A stretch of 64,000 nucleotides of DNA from Planctomycetota bacterium. GTDB taxonomy: Bacteria > Planctomycetota > UBA8108 > SXIK01. Of this stretch, positions 61,372 to 64,000 are shown one piece after another. The notes beneath the pieces are model-generated. The model was not told the origin of the DNA, ran no database searches, and saw nothing but the letters and a program-made list of their open reading frames with translations. Made by a program: the position numbers and the translations under genes. The stretch covers positions 6,464,001-6,528,000 of the forward strand of contig OZ244999.1 in NCBI GenBank assembly GCA_965223265.1, in the 5' to 3' direction. Numbering within the stretch: position 1 is the stretch's first letter; each line of letters starts with the position of its first letter.

Positions 61372-64000
<2,629 letters not shown>

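Overview
GC-rich bacterial chromosome segment, most likely Planctomycetota (inferred from Cys-bracketed dockerin-type domains, a MoxR/DUF58/vWA operon and a ThiD2-ThiE fusion). Most genes are housekeeping: sigma-70 factor, 2-oxoacid dehydrogenase E1, CysO/MoeZ/CysM sulfur-carrier cluster, dapF, purM, thiE, gmhA-like, clpC, M16 peptidase pair, mutL, folD, moaC, polyprenyl synthase, ald, nadD, asnS, metK, waaA and secA. The main finding is that the first gene of the MoxR/vWA operon (42331->40409, minus strand) is split by two in-frame TGA codons, each ending a synonymously diverged KPGGT repeat just after a CxxC motif, with a SECIS-like hairpin after the second. It is a candidate di-selenocysteine protein that the ORF track breaks into two ORFs. 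Other leads: an orphan structured RNA with its own promoter and terminator, a long structured metK leader, a MITE-like element, a sulfur carrier with a CxxC tail, a degenerate STAND-like ATPase facing clpC, an enhancer-binding protein lacking GAFTGA, and a cohesin-dockerin gene pair. All calls were made by eye; no searches or folding programs were run.
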